A DNA stretch of 64,000 nucleotides from an uncultured Eggerthella sp. (GCA_959607715.1 CAUHNN010000008.1:18033-82032); one strand, 5' to 3'; positions 44,462 to 54,808 are shown, counted from the stretch's first letter. Notes: generated by a model not told the origin, from the letters alone. Program-made: numbers and translations.

Positions 44462-45358
44462 ATGGTCGATTCACCGCACAACACCCCCGAAGAGCAGATC
44501 GCGCTCAACCGCCAACTCGCCCAGATGCTCAAAGGAGGCGTCATCATGGACGTCACCACGCCCGAGCAAGCGCGCATTGCCGAGAAGGCAGGAGCCTGCG
44601 CCGTCATGGCGCTCGAACGCATCCCCGCAGACATCCGCGCAGCGGGCGGCGTTTCGCGCATGAGCGATCCGAAGATGATTCGAGGGATCCAAGAAGCGGT
44701 ATCCATCCCGGTAATGGCGAAATGCCGCATCGGGCACTTTGCGGAAGCACAGGTCCTCGAAGCCATCGACATCGACTACATCGACGAATCGGAAGTGCTC
44801 TCCCCCGCCGACGACACGTACCACATCGACAAGCGCTCCTTCGCGACGCCTTTCGTCTGCGGCGCACGCGATCTCGGAGAAGCGCTGCGTCGCATCGGGG
44901 AAGGCGCGACCATGATCAGGACGAAGGGGGAGCCGGGAACCGGGGACGTCGTACAAGCAGTCCGCCACATGCGCATGATGAACTCCCAAATCCGAACGAT
45001 CACGAGCATGAGGGAAGACGAGCTCGCCGAAGAAGCCAAGCGACTTGCCGTCCCGCACGACCTGCTTCGTTTCGTCCATGATCACGGCAAGCTTCCGGTA
45101 GTGAACTTCGCTGCCGGCGGCGTAGCGACCCCCGCCGATGCAGCGCTGATGATGCAGCTCGGGGCCGAAGGGGTGTTCGTCGGTTCCGGCATCTTCAAAT
45201 CCGGCAATCCCGAAAAACGCGCCGAGGCCATCGTCGGCGCTGTCGCCAACTTCTCCGACGCTGCGCTTATCGCCCGCCTCTCCGAGGACCTCGGCGAAGC
45301 CATGGTCGGCATCAACGCCGATGAAATCGAGCTCATCATGGAAGAGCGCGGACGATGA
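44462..45358 (+). CDS. pdxS: Pyridoxal 5'-phosphate synthase lyase subunit PdxS
   Basis: …[48 protein letters not shown]…IDESEVL…, highly conserved PdxS sequence. SD AAGGAGAGG upstream. Confidence 0.92.
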   Translation: MVDSPHNTPEEQIALNRQLAQMLKGGVIMDVTTPEQARIAEKAGACAVMALERIPADIRAAGGVSRMSDPKMIRGIQEAVSIPVMAKCRIGHFAEAQVLEAIDIDYIDESEVLSPADDTYHIDKRSFATPFVCGARDLGEALRRIGEGATMIRTKGEPGTGDVVQAVRHMRMMNSQIRTITSMREDELAEEAKRLAVPHDLLRFVHDHGKLPVVNFAAGGVATPADAALMMQLGAEGVFVGSGIFKSGNPEKRAEAIVGAVANFSDAALIARLSEDLGEAMVGINADEIELIMEERGR

Positions 45359-45966
45359 GCGGCACCCGCATAGGCATACTCGCGGTCCAAGGGGCCTTCA
45401 TCGAACACCGCCGTAAGCTCGAGGAGCTCGGGATGACCTGCCTGGAGCTTCGATCGGCAAGCGACGCGCGCAAGCCCTACGATCGCCTCGTGCTGCCAGG
45501 CGGCGAAAGCACCGCCCAAGGAAAGCTCATCCACGATTTAGGGATGGCCGAAACACTGCGCGAAAGGATCTTAGACGGCATGCCGGTGCTCGCGACGTGC
45601 GCAGGCCTTATCCTTCTCGCCGAAAGAATCGAAAGAGACGAGGGCTCTTCGCATCTCGCCGAAGACACGTCCTCGGCGAGATGCGAAGTCCAGGGGCTTC
45701 GAACCCTCCCCGTCACGGTTAGACGCAACGCCTACGGCCGTCAACGCGCCAGCTTCCATGCCCGGGGAGATTTCGACGACATGAGCGACGTCCCCCTCAC
45801 GTTCATCCGGGCACCGTACATCACCGAAGCCCGAGATGACGTCAAAATCATGACGCGCCACGACGGACGCATCGTGGCCGTTCGCTACGGCAAGCAAATC
45901 GGCCTCTCGTTCCATCCCGAGCTCGACAACGACAACCGCATCCATCGCTTTTTCTGCTCTCTGTAG
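45355..45966 (+). CDS. pdxT: Pyridoxal 5'-phosphate synthase glutaminase subunit PdxT
   Basis: [10 protein letters not shown]…[10 protein letters not shown]…[10 protein letters not shown] (class I glutamine amidotransferase catalytic Cys). ATGA overlap with pdxS. Confidence 0.88.
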   Translation: MSGTRIGILAVQGAFIEHRRKLEELGMTCLELRSASDARKPYDRLVLPGGESTAQGKLIHDLGMAETLRERILDGMPVLATCAGLILLAERIERDEGSSHLAEDTSSARCEVQGLRTLPVTVRRNAYGRQRASFHARGDFDDMSDVPLTFIRAPYITEARDDVKIMTRHDGRIVAVRYGKQIGLSFHPELDNDNRIHRFFCSL

Positions 45967-45977
45967 AGCGCTCGGCG

Positions 45978-46026
45978 CAAAAAGAACGGGGCGGATCGAA
46001 CCCAAAATCGATCCGCCCCGTTTCTC
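45978..46026. terminator. Bidirectional terminator between pdxT (+) and the feo operon (-)
   Basis: 15-bp stem aacggggcggatcga/tcgatccgccccgtt with loop acccaaaa. A-run upstream, so a T-run on the minus strand; ttctcg downstream on the plus strand. Confidence 0.6.
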
Positions 46027-46054
46027 GAACTGCGGGAAAGCGAGATGCGCGCCG

Positions 46055-46264
46055 TCAGCTCCGCTTCGTCAAATCCGCATCGACGCGCTCGAGCATGGAC
46101 TCAGCACAGCCGCACGACGAAGATGAGCAAGAACATCCTCCGCATCCTTCGCATCCGATGCTGCGACCAGCGCGCTTAGCCTTCACCCAATGAACGATGA
46201 TGGCGCATACGACCCCCAAGAGAATCGCTGAGACGACGAACGTTCCCACATTCATGACGAACAC
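46055..46264 (-). CDS. FeoB-associated Cys-rich small membrane protein
   Basis: 69 aa: an N-terminal TM segment (VGTFVVSAILLGVVCAIIV) then GCEGCGGCSCSSSSCGC, typical of the small Cys-rich proteins encoded directly downstream of feoB. Confidence 0.65.
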   Translation of the reverse strand: MFVMNVGTFVVSAILLGVVCAIIVHWVKAKRAGRSIGCEGCGGCSCSSSSCGCAESMLERVDADLTKRS

Positions 46265-46289
46265 GCTTCCTTCCTATCGATCGATTACT

Positions 46290-48698
46290 TTACGCCACGT
46301 TGGATGCGACGTCGACCGCGCGAGCCGACGCTTCTTCACCGTGTCGGTTGGGACGGAGGAGAAGCCACAGGAACGCAGCGAGGAGAACAACCGCCACGAC
46401 GGTGAAAGCGTTAGGCGCAACCTCGCCGATCGCCAGTCCGCCAAGCTGGTAGATCCACAGTCCCACGACCCACGCCAAGGCGCATTGATACCCTACGGCA
46501 CCCAGGAACCACTTCACGTTGTTCATCTCCCGCTTCATCGCGCCCATAGCGGCGAAGCACGGCGCGCACAGAAGGTTGAACGCCAAGAAAGAATACGCAC
46601 TGACCATGGTGAAGGCCGCCTGCACATTGGCATACCAACCGGCATCGCCCGCATACAGAATGCCGAAGGTGCCGACGACGTTTTCCTTCGCGATGAGACC
46701 GGTGATGGCCGCCGATGCCGCCTGCCATTCGCCCCAACCGAGAGGTGAGAAGATCCACGCGATTGCGCTACCAGCGATCGCGAGGATGGAATCAGACTGG
46801 TCTTCGACGAGCGCCAAGCCCCCATCGACGATGCCATAGCTCGAGATGAACCAGATAAGGATACAGGCCACGAGGATGATCGTACCGGCCTTCTTGATGA
46901 ACGACCAAGCCCTTTCGAGCATGCTGCGCCCAACCGTCCCAAGCGTCGGCATGTGATAAGCGGGGAGCTCCATGATGAACGGAGCGGGATCGCCTGCGAA
47001 GAAACGCGTCTTCTTCAAGATGATGCCGGAGCACAGAATAGCGGCAATACCCAGGAAATATGCGCTCGGGGCAACCCACCATTCGCCACCGAACACCGCG
47101 CCAGCGAACAGGGCGATAATGGGAAGCTTCGCGCTGCAGGGGATGAACGTGGTGGTCATGACCGTCATGCGGCGATCGTTCTGGTTCTCGATCGTGCGAG
47201 AAGCCATGATACCGGGAACGCCGCAGCCCGTTCCGATCAGAATCGGGACAAACGACTTGCCCGAAAGGCCGAAACGACGGAAAACGCGGTCGAGGATGAA
47301 GGCGATTCGCGCCATGTAGCCGCAGTATTCAAGGAAGGCCAGCAAGAAGAAGAGGACGAGCATCTGGGGAACGAAACCGAGAACGGCGCCGACGCCGGCA
47401 ACGATACCGTCGAGGATCAGGGCCTGGAGCCAATCGGCGCACCCGATCGCAACAAGGCCGCTTTCAATGAGAACGGGCAGACCGGGGATCCACAGTCCGT
47501 AATCGCTGGGATTCGGCTCCTCGACGCCAAGAGCCTCCTCGTAGGCCGCAGCATCGACGTCGATCACTTCGTTTTCACCCGTTTCGTCGTCATATGCCTC
47601 ATAGGAGGCCGTCAAGCCCGATTCCTCCGCAGCAGCAATAAAGTCCGCGGAGGAGGGATCGAGGCCCTGAGCCTCCGCTTCACCTTCGAAAGCGGAGATG
47701 GCCTCGGAAGCCTCGTCGAAAGCGGAGGACGCTTCGTCGAGCTGCTCCTGACCGGCACCCAGATACCAACCGTCGCCGAATACGCCGTCGTTGGCCCAAT
47801 CGGTGGCGAGCGTGCCGACGGTGGAAACGGAGATGAAGTAAACCAAGAACATGACGATCGCAAAGATCGGCAACGCAAGGACACGGTTGGTGACGATGCG
47901 GTCGATCTTGTCTGACGTGCTCAGCTCAGGAACAGCGCTTCCCGTTCGACACGTATCCACGATTTCTCCGATATGGGCATAACGATCGTTGATGATCGCG
48001 CTTTCCGCATCGTCGTCGACGCGAGCCTCGAACTCCGCGCGGATGCCATCGACATTCGGTGCACCCTCCATAGTGGCCGTGATCTTCTCGTCGTTTTCCA
48101 GCAACTTGACCGCGTAAAAACGACGGAGCTCGGCGGGGACGGATTCAGGAAGCAGCGCCTCTATGCGCACGACAGCATCTTCGAGCTCAGGAGAAAACGA
48201 GAGCGGGCGCGCAACCGAGGCATCAAGAGGAGAAAGACGCGAAACGAGATCATCGATACCCGTTCCCTTGAGGGCCGATATCTCGACGACCGGGCATCCA
48301 AGCTCTTCGGCAAGCTGGTCGACATGGATCTCATCGCCGCGCTTCTTCACGACGTCCATCATGTTGACGGCGACGACGACAGGAAGACCCATCTCGAGCA
48401 GCTGGGTGGTCAGATACAGATTCCTCTCGAAATTCGATCCATCCACGATGTTCAAAAGAGCATCGGGGCGTTGCTCGATCAAATACGTACGCGCAACAAC
48501 CTCCTCGAGGCTGTAGGGCGAAAGGGAATACACGCCGGGAAGATCGATGATCTCAACCGAAGCATCGGCCTTGAGCTTGCCTTCCTTCTTTTCAACAGTG
48601 ACGCCAGGCCAGTTGCCTACGCGCTGATTCGAGCCGGTCAAAGCGTTGAACAACGTCGTCTTGCCGCTGTTGGGGTTGCCGACAAGAGCAATCCTCAT
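46290..48698 (-). CDS. feoB: Ferrous iron transport protein B
   Basis: N-terminal G-domain MRIALVGNPNSGKTTLFNALTG…DLPGVYSL… followed by a polytopic membrane domain; 802 aa. Confidence 0.92.
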   Translation of the reverse strand: MRIALVGNPNSGKTTLFNALTGSNQRVGNWPGVTVEKKEGKLKADASVEIIDLPGVYSLSPYSLEEVVARTYLIEQRPDALLNIVDGSNFERNLYLTTQLLEMGLPVVVAVNMMDVVKKRGDEIHVDQLAEELGCPVVEISALKGTGIDDLVSRLSPLDASVARPLSFSPELEDAVVRIEALLPESVPAELRRFYAVKLLENDEKITATMEGAPNVDGIRAEFEARVDDDAESAIINDRYAHIGEIVDTCRTGSAVPELSTSDKIDRIVTNRVLALPIFAIVMFLVYFISVSTVGTLATDWANDGVFGDGWYLGAGQEQLDEASSAFDEASEAISAFEGEAEAQGLDPSSADFIAAAEESGLTASYEAYDDETGENEVIDVDAAAYEEALGVEEPNPSDYGLWIPGLPVLIESGLVAIGCADWLQALILDGIVAGVGAVLGFVPQMLVLFFLLAFLEYCGYMARIAFILDRVFRRFGLSGKSFVPILIGTGCGVPGIMASRTIENQNDRRMTVMTTTFIPCSAKLPIIALFAGAVFGGEWWVAPSAYFLGIAAILCSGIILKKTRFFAGDPAPFIMELPAYHMPTLGTVGRSMLERAWSFIKKAGTIILVACILIWFISSYGIVDGGLALVEDQSDSILAIAGSAIAWIFSPLGWGEWQAASAAITGLIAKENVVGTFGILYAGDAGWYANVQAAFTMVSAYSFLAFNLLCAPCFAAMGAMKREMNNVKWFLGAVGYQCALAWVVGLWIYQLGGLAIGEVAPNAFTVVAVVLLAAFLWLLLRPNRHGEEASARAVDVASNVA

Positions 48699-48771
48699 GA
48701 AGTCCTCCTAAATTGTTAACTATGGCTAACTGCTACTCAAAATAAATGCCGCCTCGAAGGGCAGCATGAAG

Positions 48772-48993
48772 TTACTCGACTTCGACCAAGCGAGCATCTT
48801 CCTTACGCAGGGACAGCTCGTAACCGCGAACCGTCACCTCAACAGGATCACCGAGCGGTGCGACCTTGCGCACGAACACCGAGCATCCCTTCGTGATGCC
48901 CATATCCATTATTCGACGTTTCGTTGCACCGACGCCATCGATCTTGACGACGGTAACGGTCTGACCGCTTTTCACCTTTTCCAAAGATCCCAT
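48772..48993 (-). CDS. feoA: FeoA (SH3-like) protein
   Basis: 73 aa: …GQTVTVVKIDGVGATKRRIMDMGITKGCSVFVRKVAPLGDPVEVTVRGYELSLRKEDA…, the FeoA domain. Confidence 0.8.
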   Translation of the reverse strand: MGSLEKVKSGQTVTVVKIDGVGATKRRIMDMGITKGCSVFVRKVAPLGDPVEVTVRGYELSLRKEDARLVEVE

Positions 48994-49040
48994 GCAGCCT
49001 CCTTTCCTTTCTGACGCACCGACGATGAGCCGACTCTTTT

Positions 49041-49250
49041 CTACACGACGATATGACTTGCAAGCTCAGCGGAAAGAGCCACCCGCGAGCCTTTGACGTT
49101 GACGATGGAGTTGCCCGCGATGCGAGACACCATCAGGATCTGTTCCCCCGGTATGAAGCCGAGATCCTCAAGATGGCGACGAAGGTCACCGGAGCCTTCA
49201 AGACGCTTCACGCGATAGCTTCCCGTTCGCCTAGCCTCCGACAGCACCAT
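49041..49250 (-). CDS. feoA: Second FeoA-domain protein
   Basis: 69 aa: …YRVKRLEGSGDLRRHLEDLGFIPGEQILMVSRIAGNSIVNVKGSRVALS… The SD aaaggagg sits 4 nt before the ATG. Confidence 0.75.
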   Translation of the reverse strand: MVLSEARRTGSYRVKRLEGSGDLRRHLEDLGFIPGEQILMVSRIAGNSIVNVKGSRVALSAELASHIVV

Positions 49251-49284
49251 GACGCCTCCTTTGCCGTGCGATCAAGCCTCAACA

Positions 49285-49300
49285 GTTAGCCAAGGCTTAC
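49285..49300 (-). promoter_or_regulatory. Candidate metalloregulator (DtxR/IdeR-like) operator: imperfect inverted repeat GTTAGCC-aa-GGCTtAC overlapping the predicted feo transcription start
   Basis: 7-bp arms with a 2-bp spacer and 1 mismatch. The left half AGTTAGCC resembles the iron-box half-site GGTTAGCC. It lies at +4 to +19 relative to the predicted -10. Confidence 0.3.
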
Positions 49301-49310
49301 TGACGCCTAT

Positions 49311-49339
49311 ATGTTAGACACAGGAAACTTACAGGTCAA
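49311..49339 (-). promoter_or_regulatory. Sigma70-like promoter of the feoA-feoA-feoB operon: TTGACC-N17-TAACAT
   Basis: The minus strand reads ttttttcTTGACCtgtaagtttcctgtgtcTAACATatagg. Confidence 0.45.
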
Positions 49340-49395
49340 GAAAAAACTCTCCCCGTCGGCGATAATCGACGCTCGCACCTGCAGCGGCGGCAGGG

Positions 49396-49809
49396 CTACG
49401 TCGTCGGCAACGTTCTTTCGAAGAAGGACTCCAGCTCATCGGGCTCGAGGTCGGCATCGTCAAGGGAGAAGCCGAATTCCCGAGCGAGCGCATGCGCCTG
49501 CCCCTCACGCAAAGAGGAGCGCTCTCCCAATCCCGCATCGGCCAAGCAACGAGAAGAAAGGAGCAGAGATCGCGCAACATACTCCATCAACAGGGGATCG
49601 GGATCGGAAAGCCTCACCATCGCGGCCATGGATTCAGGGGCCATGGTCAGAAGCAAGGCCCCGTCGAATTCGGTCGCGTTTTCCAGGGCCTCGTCAAGAC
49701 GCTCGGCCGCGGCCTCAGGATCCGACCCTCCCCGCGCCTTTTCGAGGCTCTCGCGCAAAGCGCTCGCGAGTTGGAGGAACATCCTCATGAGATAGTCCTG
49801 ATGAAGCAT
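49396..49809 (-). CDS. Hypothetical protein of about 137 aa if it starts at MLHQDY, encoded 4 nt downstream of ruvB
   Basis: Open frame with coding-like GC3 and an acidic C-terminus. No motif recognised. The track ORF (179 aa) includes an overlap with ruvB. Confidence 0.4.
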   Translation of the reverse strand: MLHQDYLMRMFLQLASALRESLEKARGGSDPEAAAERLDEALENATEFDGALLLTMAPESMAAMVRLSDPDPLLMEYVARSLLLSSRCLADAGLGERSSLREGQAHALAREFGFSLDDADLEPDELESFFERTLPTT

Positions 49810-49813
49810 GACG

Positions 49814-50881
49814 TCACACCCCTTTCGGCATACGAACACCGAGATGCGCATAGGCGCGCTCGGTCGCCTGCCGCCCTTTCGGAGTGCGCACGAGCAGACC
49901 CTGCTGCAAAAGATACGGCTCGTACACGTCTTCAAGCGTATCGGGTTCCTCGGACAGCGCCGAAGCGAGAGTGGTCAGCCCTACCGGGCGACCTGCGAAT
50001 TGGACGCAAAGCAGCTCGAGGATGCGGTTATCCACCGAGTCGAGACCCAGGGAGTCGACCTCGAAAAAAGCAAGTGCCTGAGCAGCGCAGTCCTCGTCGA
50101 TAGGGGAAATGCCCTTAACCTGGGCCCAATCGCGCACCCGCTTAAGAAGGCGATTGGCCAAACGCGGTGTTCCGCGACTCCGCCGAGCGATCTCGAGCGC
50201 GCCTTCTTCTAGGATGTCGACGTCGAGAATGCGCGCGGAACGGCGCACGATCAAGGAAAGCTCTTCGGGAGTGTAATAATTCAAGCGGAACGCGATTCCG
50301 AAACGATCGCGCAAGGGTCCCGTCAGCAATCCCGTGCGCGTCGTAGCCCCGACCAACGTGAAACGCGGCAGGTCGAGGCGTATCGAACGCGCGGCGGGCC
50401 CTTTGCCCACCACGATATCGAGCGCGAAGTCCTCAAGAGCCGGATAGAGGATCTCTTCGACCATCCTGTTCAGACGATGGATCTCGTCGATGAAAAGGAC
50501 GTCGCCCTCTTCGAGATTGGTGAGGATCGCCGCCAGATCACCCGTACGCTCGATCGCCGGTCCGCTGGTGGTTTTTATGCGTACGCCGAGCTCGTTGGCG
50601 ACAACGGTCGCCAACGTGGTCTTGCCCAAACCCGGAGGGCCTGAAAAAAGGATATGGTCAACCACGTCTTTACGCTCGCGCGCCGCCTCGATGAGGATGG
50701 AAAGGCTCTCCTTGATCTTCGTTTGACCTAGGTATTCGCCAAGACGCGTAGGGCGCAGGCTTCTATCGAGCGCAAGGTCATCCTCGGAAAGCGAGGCGTC
50801 ACACGTCCTCTGGCGCGGATCGTCCCCCGATGACGAAGACGCCTCGAACAGCAAGCCGTCTATTTCGATGTTGTCAGGCAC
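49814..50881 (-). CDS. ruvB: Holliday junction branch migration ATPase RuvB
   Basis: …[19 protein letters not shown]…[13 protein letters not shown] (Walker A) …[10 protein letters not shown] (Walker B) …. Confidence 0.92.
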   Translation of the reverse strand: MPDNIEIDGLLFEASSSSGDDPRQRTCDASLSEDDLALDRSLRPTRLGEYLGQTKIKESLSILIEAARERKDVVDHILFSGPPGLGKTTLATVVANELGVRIKTTSGPAIERTGDLAAILTNLEEGDVLFIDEIHRLNRMVEEILYPALEDFALDIVVGKGPAARSIRLDLPRFTLVGATTRTGLLTGPLRDRFGIAFRLNYYTPEELSLIVRRSARILDVDILEEGALEIARRSRGTPRLANRLLKRVRDWAQVKGISPIDEDCAAQALAFFEVDSLGLDSVDNRILELLCVQFAGRPVGLTTLASALSEEPDTLEDVYEPYLLQQGLLVRTPKGRQATERAYAHLGVRMPKGV

Positions 50882-50948
50882 AGGCCCTCTTTCTTCTCAT
50901 GCGCATACGCTCGCCGCGAGGCGACGAGCGCTGAAAAGCGGCGCATCA

Positions 50949-51533
50949 TCAGTTCGCCAGTCGCTTCAAAGCGTACTGCAATAATATCGTTTCGGATGCT
51001 TCATCGGGAGCTCCCTTCAAGGCCAGCTCAGACTCTTCGGACGTGAAGCCCATGGAAAGAAGAGCCTCCAGTGCTCCCTTCTTCGCGTTCAGCGCTTTCT
51101 TCGACTGACCGGACAAGACGGCCTGAAGCTCGTCGCCGAAAGATTCTTTGAGTTCGAGAACGATGCGTTGGGCCATCTTCTTCCCGATCCCGGGAACGCG
51201 CTGGATCGCTGCGAGGTCCTGTGCGGCGATAGCCGAGGCGACCTCAGCGGGGTCGTAGGTGGAGAGAACGGAAAGCGCAACCTTCGGGCCGACGCTCGAT
51301 ATCGCGGTCAAACGCATGAAAAGGTCTTTTTCCTCTTGATGGGTAAACCCGTACAGGGTCAAGCCGTCATCCCTCACCTGAAGGTGCGTGATGACCCTGA
51401 CCCGATCACCCACGTTACCGAGACGGGCGATGCTGCGGGACGAAAGTGAAACGCGATATCCTATTCCGCCCACTTCCACGATGATGGAATCGAGCCCTTT
51501 CCCCGCAAGCATTCCATTCAGATACGCGATCAT
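50949..51533 (-). CDS. ruvA: Holliday junction DNA helicase subunit RuvA
   Basis: MIAYLNGMLAGKGLDSIIVEVGGIGYRV…, two HhH motifs (…LTAISSVGPKVAL…, …RVPGIGKKMAQRIVLELK) and the C-terminal RuvB-binding domain. Confidence 0.9.
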   Translation of the reverse strand: MIAYLNGMLAGKGLDSIIVEVGGIGYRVSLSSRSIARLGNVGDRVRVITHLQVRDDGLTLYGFTHQEEKDLFMRLTAISSVGPKVALSVLSTYDPAEVASAIAAQDLAAIQRVPGIGKKMAQRIVLELKESFGDELQAVLSGQSKKALNAKKGALEALLSMGFTSEESELALKGAPDEASETILLQYALKRLAN

Positions 51534-52033
51534 AATCCGATCCCCTTCCCCGCGAAATCATGGGTAGCAAAGCAGATAGCCGCCGCCAGCGCGTCGGCTG
51601 CATGGTCGGGAGAAGGGACAGCTTCGAGGGAGAGCAGTTGCTGGACCATATACTGAACCTGGGACTTATCGGCAGTGCCCACGCCAACGACGGCGAGCTT
51701 AATCTGACTTGGCGCGAATTCCCCGAGAGATATCCCCTTGCCCGACAGTGCGGCGAGGAAAGCGCCTCTCGCCTGCCCCGTGGCGAATGCGCTTCGGGCG
51801 TTCGCCCCGAACCAAACCGTCTCGATGCCGACGCACGTTGGCTGGTAGCGCCCAACGATGGCGCACGCCTGGGCGTTGATCCTGCCGAGGCGCTCGTGCA
51901 AAGACGCACTAGCGGGCGTCTCGATGCACCCGTACGCCTGGCACGACAGACGGTTGCCGCTCTGGGCAATCACCCCCCAGCCGGTGTGGGCCAATCCGGG
52001 ATCGACGCCGAGAATCACGCGCTTTCGCTCCAT
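51530..52033 (-). CDS. ruvC: Crossover junction endodeoxyribonuclease RuvC
   Basis: Start at MERKRVILGVDPGLAHTGWGVI (catalytic Asp in GVDPG), with SD AAGGAGAGG. The track ORF has a spurious 57-codon N-terminal extension. ATGA overlap with ruvA. Confidence 0.88.
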   Translation of the reverse strand: MERKRVILGVDPGLAHTGWGVIAQSGNRLSCQAYGCIETPASASLHERLGRINAQACAIVGRYQPTCVGIETVWFGANARSAFATGQARGAFLAALSGKGISLGEFAPSQIKLAVVGVGTADKSQVQYMVQQLLSLEAVPSPDHAADALAAAICFATHDFAGKGIGL

Positions 52034-52106
52034 ACCTCTCCTTATCATGCAAACATTTGTTCGCATACTATCACAAGAAGCGACAAAGAAAAACGCAGAT
52101 GCCCGC

Positions 52107-52508
52107 CTACAAGCCGATCTTCTTGAAGTAGGCGAGCCATTTCTCAAACGAGTCGTCGCTGATGGCATGTTCCATCTGACAAGCCTCTTCCTCGGCGATT
52201 TCATGGGAAATCCCTATGCACTCGCTGAGAAAACGCGTCAGCATCTCATGGCGCTCGAGCACGGCTTGGCCGTAGCGGTACCCTTCTTCGGTAAGGACGA
52301 TGCTTCCATAATGCTCTTGCTCAAGCATTCCGGAGGCCTTCAAACTTGCGACCGCCTTGGAAACGGAAGCCTTCGAGACACCGAGCCGGGCGGCGACATC
52401 GACCGAACGCACCGGGCAGGCATCGGTTCCTCCGAGCATGACCATCGCCTCAAGGTAATCCTCATGGGATGTAGAGACCTTTTCCACGGCTTCTCCCCTC
52501 GTCTCCAA
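52107..52508 (-). CDS. DtxR/MntR-family metal-dependent transcriptional regulator (N-terminal HTH and dimerisation domains only, no SH3 domain)
   Basis: 133 aa: …SHEDYLEAMVMLGGTDACPVRSVDVAARLGVSKASVSKAVASLKASGMLE… (DtxR HTH), then metal-site residues (…RHEMLTRFL…HEIAEEEACQMEH…). Confidence 0.75.
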   Translation of the reverse strand: METRGEAVEKVSTSHEDYLEAMVMLGGTDACPVRSVDVAARLGVSKASVSKAVASLKASGMLEQEHYGSIVLTEEGYRYGQAVLERHEMLTRFLSECIGISHEIAEEEACQMEHAISDDSFEKWLAYFKKIGL

Positions 52509-52631
52509 ATTCCATCGGCGCGCATGCCGATCCTCTCTCCATAGATGAGACTCCGACAGCGTTTACGCAGCGGTCCGCATCCTCCCCATAGTATACTTAT
52601 GGGACACCACAACCTCGTGAAAGATGGGACT

Positions 52632-54173
52632 ATGACCGCCAACCATTACATCGATACTCGCGGAAACTGCACTTCACCTTCAACCTTCACCGAAGCCGTC
52701 GTGAAGGGCCTCGCCGATGGCGGCGGGCTGTTCGTTCCCGTTTCCCTGCCGAAGCTCGACCTTGAAGACATCCTCGCCCTCGCCGAGCTCCCGTACGCGC
52801 AGCGCGCTGCCTACCTCTACCGGTCCTTCGGCGTCGACCTCCCCGACGAAACGGTCGATGCGCTCATGGCAGACACCTACGGATCCCAATTCGACGATGA
52901 GGCCATCTGCCCCATCACCTCGCTCGACGAAACGACCCATGTCCTCGAACTCTGGCATGGACCCACGAGCGCCTTCAAGGACATGGCCCTCCAGTGTCTC
53001 CCCCGTTTCTTCAGCGCGAGCGCATCGCACCTACGAGAGCAGGGAACGATCGATCACTCGTTCCTCATCCTCGTCGCCACCTCAGGCGATACGGGAAAGG
53101 CCGCCCTTGAGGGCTTCAAGGGCCAGCCGGGCGTGAAGATCGCCGTCATGTACCCTGACGGCGGCGTCAGCGACATCCAGTACAAGCAAATGGCCACGCA
53201 GGCCGGCGACAATGTCATGGTGTGGGGGGTCTCGGGGAACTTCGACGATTGTCAAACGGGCGCCAAAAACGTCTTCGGAGATGAAGCGTTCAATGAGGCG
53301 CTCATGAAATCCAAGCAGGTTGCCCTCTCCAGTGCCAATTCCATCAACTGGGGTCGATTGCTCCCCCAGGTCGTCTACTACGTCTCCAGCTACGCTCAGC
53401 TCGTCAAAGACGGCAAACTCGAAGCCGGCCAAACGCTTGACGTCTGCGTCCCTACCGGAAACTTCGGAAACATCCTTGCCGCTTGGTACGCTAAGACGAT
53501 CGGCACGCCCCTCGGAACGCTGTTCTGCGCAAGCAACGAGAATCGTGTCCTCACCGACTTCATCGAGTCGGGAACCTACGACATCACCGACCGCGAATTC
53601 GTCCTTACCCCCTCGCCGTCGATGGACATCCTCGTGTCCTCAAACGTCGAACGCCAGCTCTTCGAGCTAAGCGGCCGCAACGCGGAAGCGATCTCGGGCT
53701 GGATGGACGATCTCAAGCAGACCAAGTCCTTCGTGATCGACGACAAAACGCGCACGAAGCTCCAGGAGGCATTCAAGGCGGAATCGGTCGATAACGCCAC
53801 CTGCCTCGCCACCATCAAGGACGTATTCGACAAGCACGGCTACCTCATCGACCCTCATACCGCGGTTGCCTACAAAGCAGCCGAGCGGCTGAAGGGCGAA
53901 AACCCCGTTCTCATCGCCTCGACGGCGCATTGGGCGAAATTCGGCGAAAACGTATACCGTGCGCTTCACTCCATGGCTCCGGCAAGCGATCTTCCCGCCG
54001 AAGTTGCGTCCCTCAGCGGGTGCGAACTCAACGAGCTGATCGCGAAAGAGACCAATCAGACCCATATTCCCGCCGGTCTTGCCGAGCTCGACCGCCTGCC
54101 TATTCGCTTCAAGACCATCATCGACGGCAACGTCGCCGCCATCGAATCGGCGGTCGACGAATTCCTCTCATAA
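52632..54173 (+). CDS. thrC: Threonine synthase (long form)
   Basis: MTANHYIDTRGN… start, PLP-lysine region …GPTSAFKDMALQ…, and a length of about 513 aa. Confidence 0.88.
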   Translation: MTANHYIDTRGNCTSPSTFTEAVVKGLADGGGLFVPVSLPKLDLEDILALAELPYAQRAAYLYRSFGVDLPDETVDALMADTYGSQFDDEAICPITSLDETTHVLELWHGPTSAFKDMALQCLPRFFSASASHLREQGTIDHSFLILVATSGDTGKAALEGFKGQPGVKIAVMYPDGGVSDIQYKQMATQAGDNVMVWGVSGNFDDCQTGAKNVFGDEAFNEALMKSKQVALSSANSINWGRLLPQVVYYVSSYAQLVKDGKLEAGQTLDVCVPTGNFGNILAAWYAKTIGTPLGTLFCASNENRVLTDFIESGTYDITDREFVLTPSPSMDILVSSNVERQLFELSGRNAEAISGWMDDLKQTKSFVIDDKTRTKLQEAFKAESVDNATCLATIKDVFDKHGYLIDPHTAVAYKAAERLKGENPVLIASTAHWAKFGENVYRALHSMAPASDLPAEVASLSGCELNELIAKETNQTHIPAGLAELDRLPIRFKTIIDGNVAAIESAVDEFLS

Positions 54174-54205
54174 TCGCACAACGGAAGATTCCCACTGCTG
54201 GATCC

Positions 54206-54246
54206 GAAGGGCGCGCCGAGCTTTACGGCGCGCCCTTCTTTTCCCC
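54206..54246 (+). terminator. Rho-independent terminator of thrC
   Basis: Stem gaagggcgcgccg/cggcgcgcccttc of 13 bp with loop agcttta, followed by ttttcccc. Confidence 0.65.
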
Positions 54247-54292
54247 TGAGCCACCGGCACCACGAGGTCCCAAGCGACAAGCTACAAGCGAC

Positions 54293-54808
54293 CTAAGATA
54301 GAAGACTCTGCCCTTCCACACGCGCGCTCACGCGATCGCAAGCATCCCGGGCGAGACGAATCCCTATAACAAGCTCCATCACCTTGACGCATTCGACATC
54401 GGCCTTAAGCGAAGGATCGACGATACGCTCCCTTTCGAGCCCTTCGGACTGCCCCATCTCCACGGGAACATCCTCCACGATCGGCGGAGAAGCAACGCAC
54501 GGCACCGTTCTCAAGGGCAGTGCGCTTCGATCGCTTGACTGGGCCCTTTTACCCGGGGCCTCTTCCAGCGAAGGCCTCTCGGGAATGCCTTGGTCTCCCT
54601 CGAAAACGTGCAAACAACCGTAACAAACGTCCATATCCGAAAACGTCACCGCATGACAGACGGGACATTCCTTGAGCAACGCCCCCGTCGGTTCGGGGCT
54701 TCTCGAAGACGTCGAATCCTCCTTGAGCGAAATCCGCCCGCGCTCTCTGGCGCCTGTGCCATTACTGCGCGCCAAACTCCTCGTCTTCGTTCTCTCTTCC
54801 GCCGTCAT
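54293..54808 (-). CDS. Hypothetical protein with a C4 zinc-ribbon motif; the last gene of the tad cluster transcript
   Basis: Start chosen at MTAEER because its ATG overlaps the DUF192 stop (ATGA). Motif ECPVCHAVTFSDMDVCYGCLH (C-x2-C-x11-C-x2-C). The rest of the protein is low complexity. Confidence 0.4.
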   Translation of the reverse strand: MTAEERTKTRSLARSNGTGARERGRISLKEDSTSSRSPEPTGALLKECPVCHAVTFSDMDVCYGCLHVFEGDQGIPERPSLEEAPGKRAQSSDRSALPLRTVPCVASPPIVEDVPVEMGQSEGLERERIVDPSLKADVECVKVMELVIGIRLARDACDRVSARVEGQSLLS

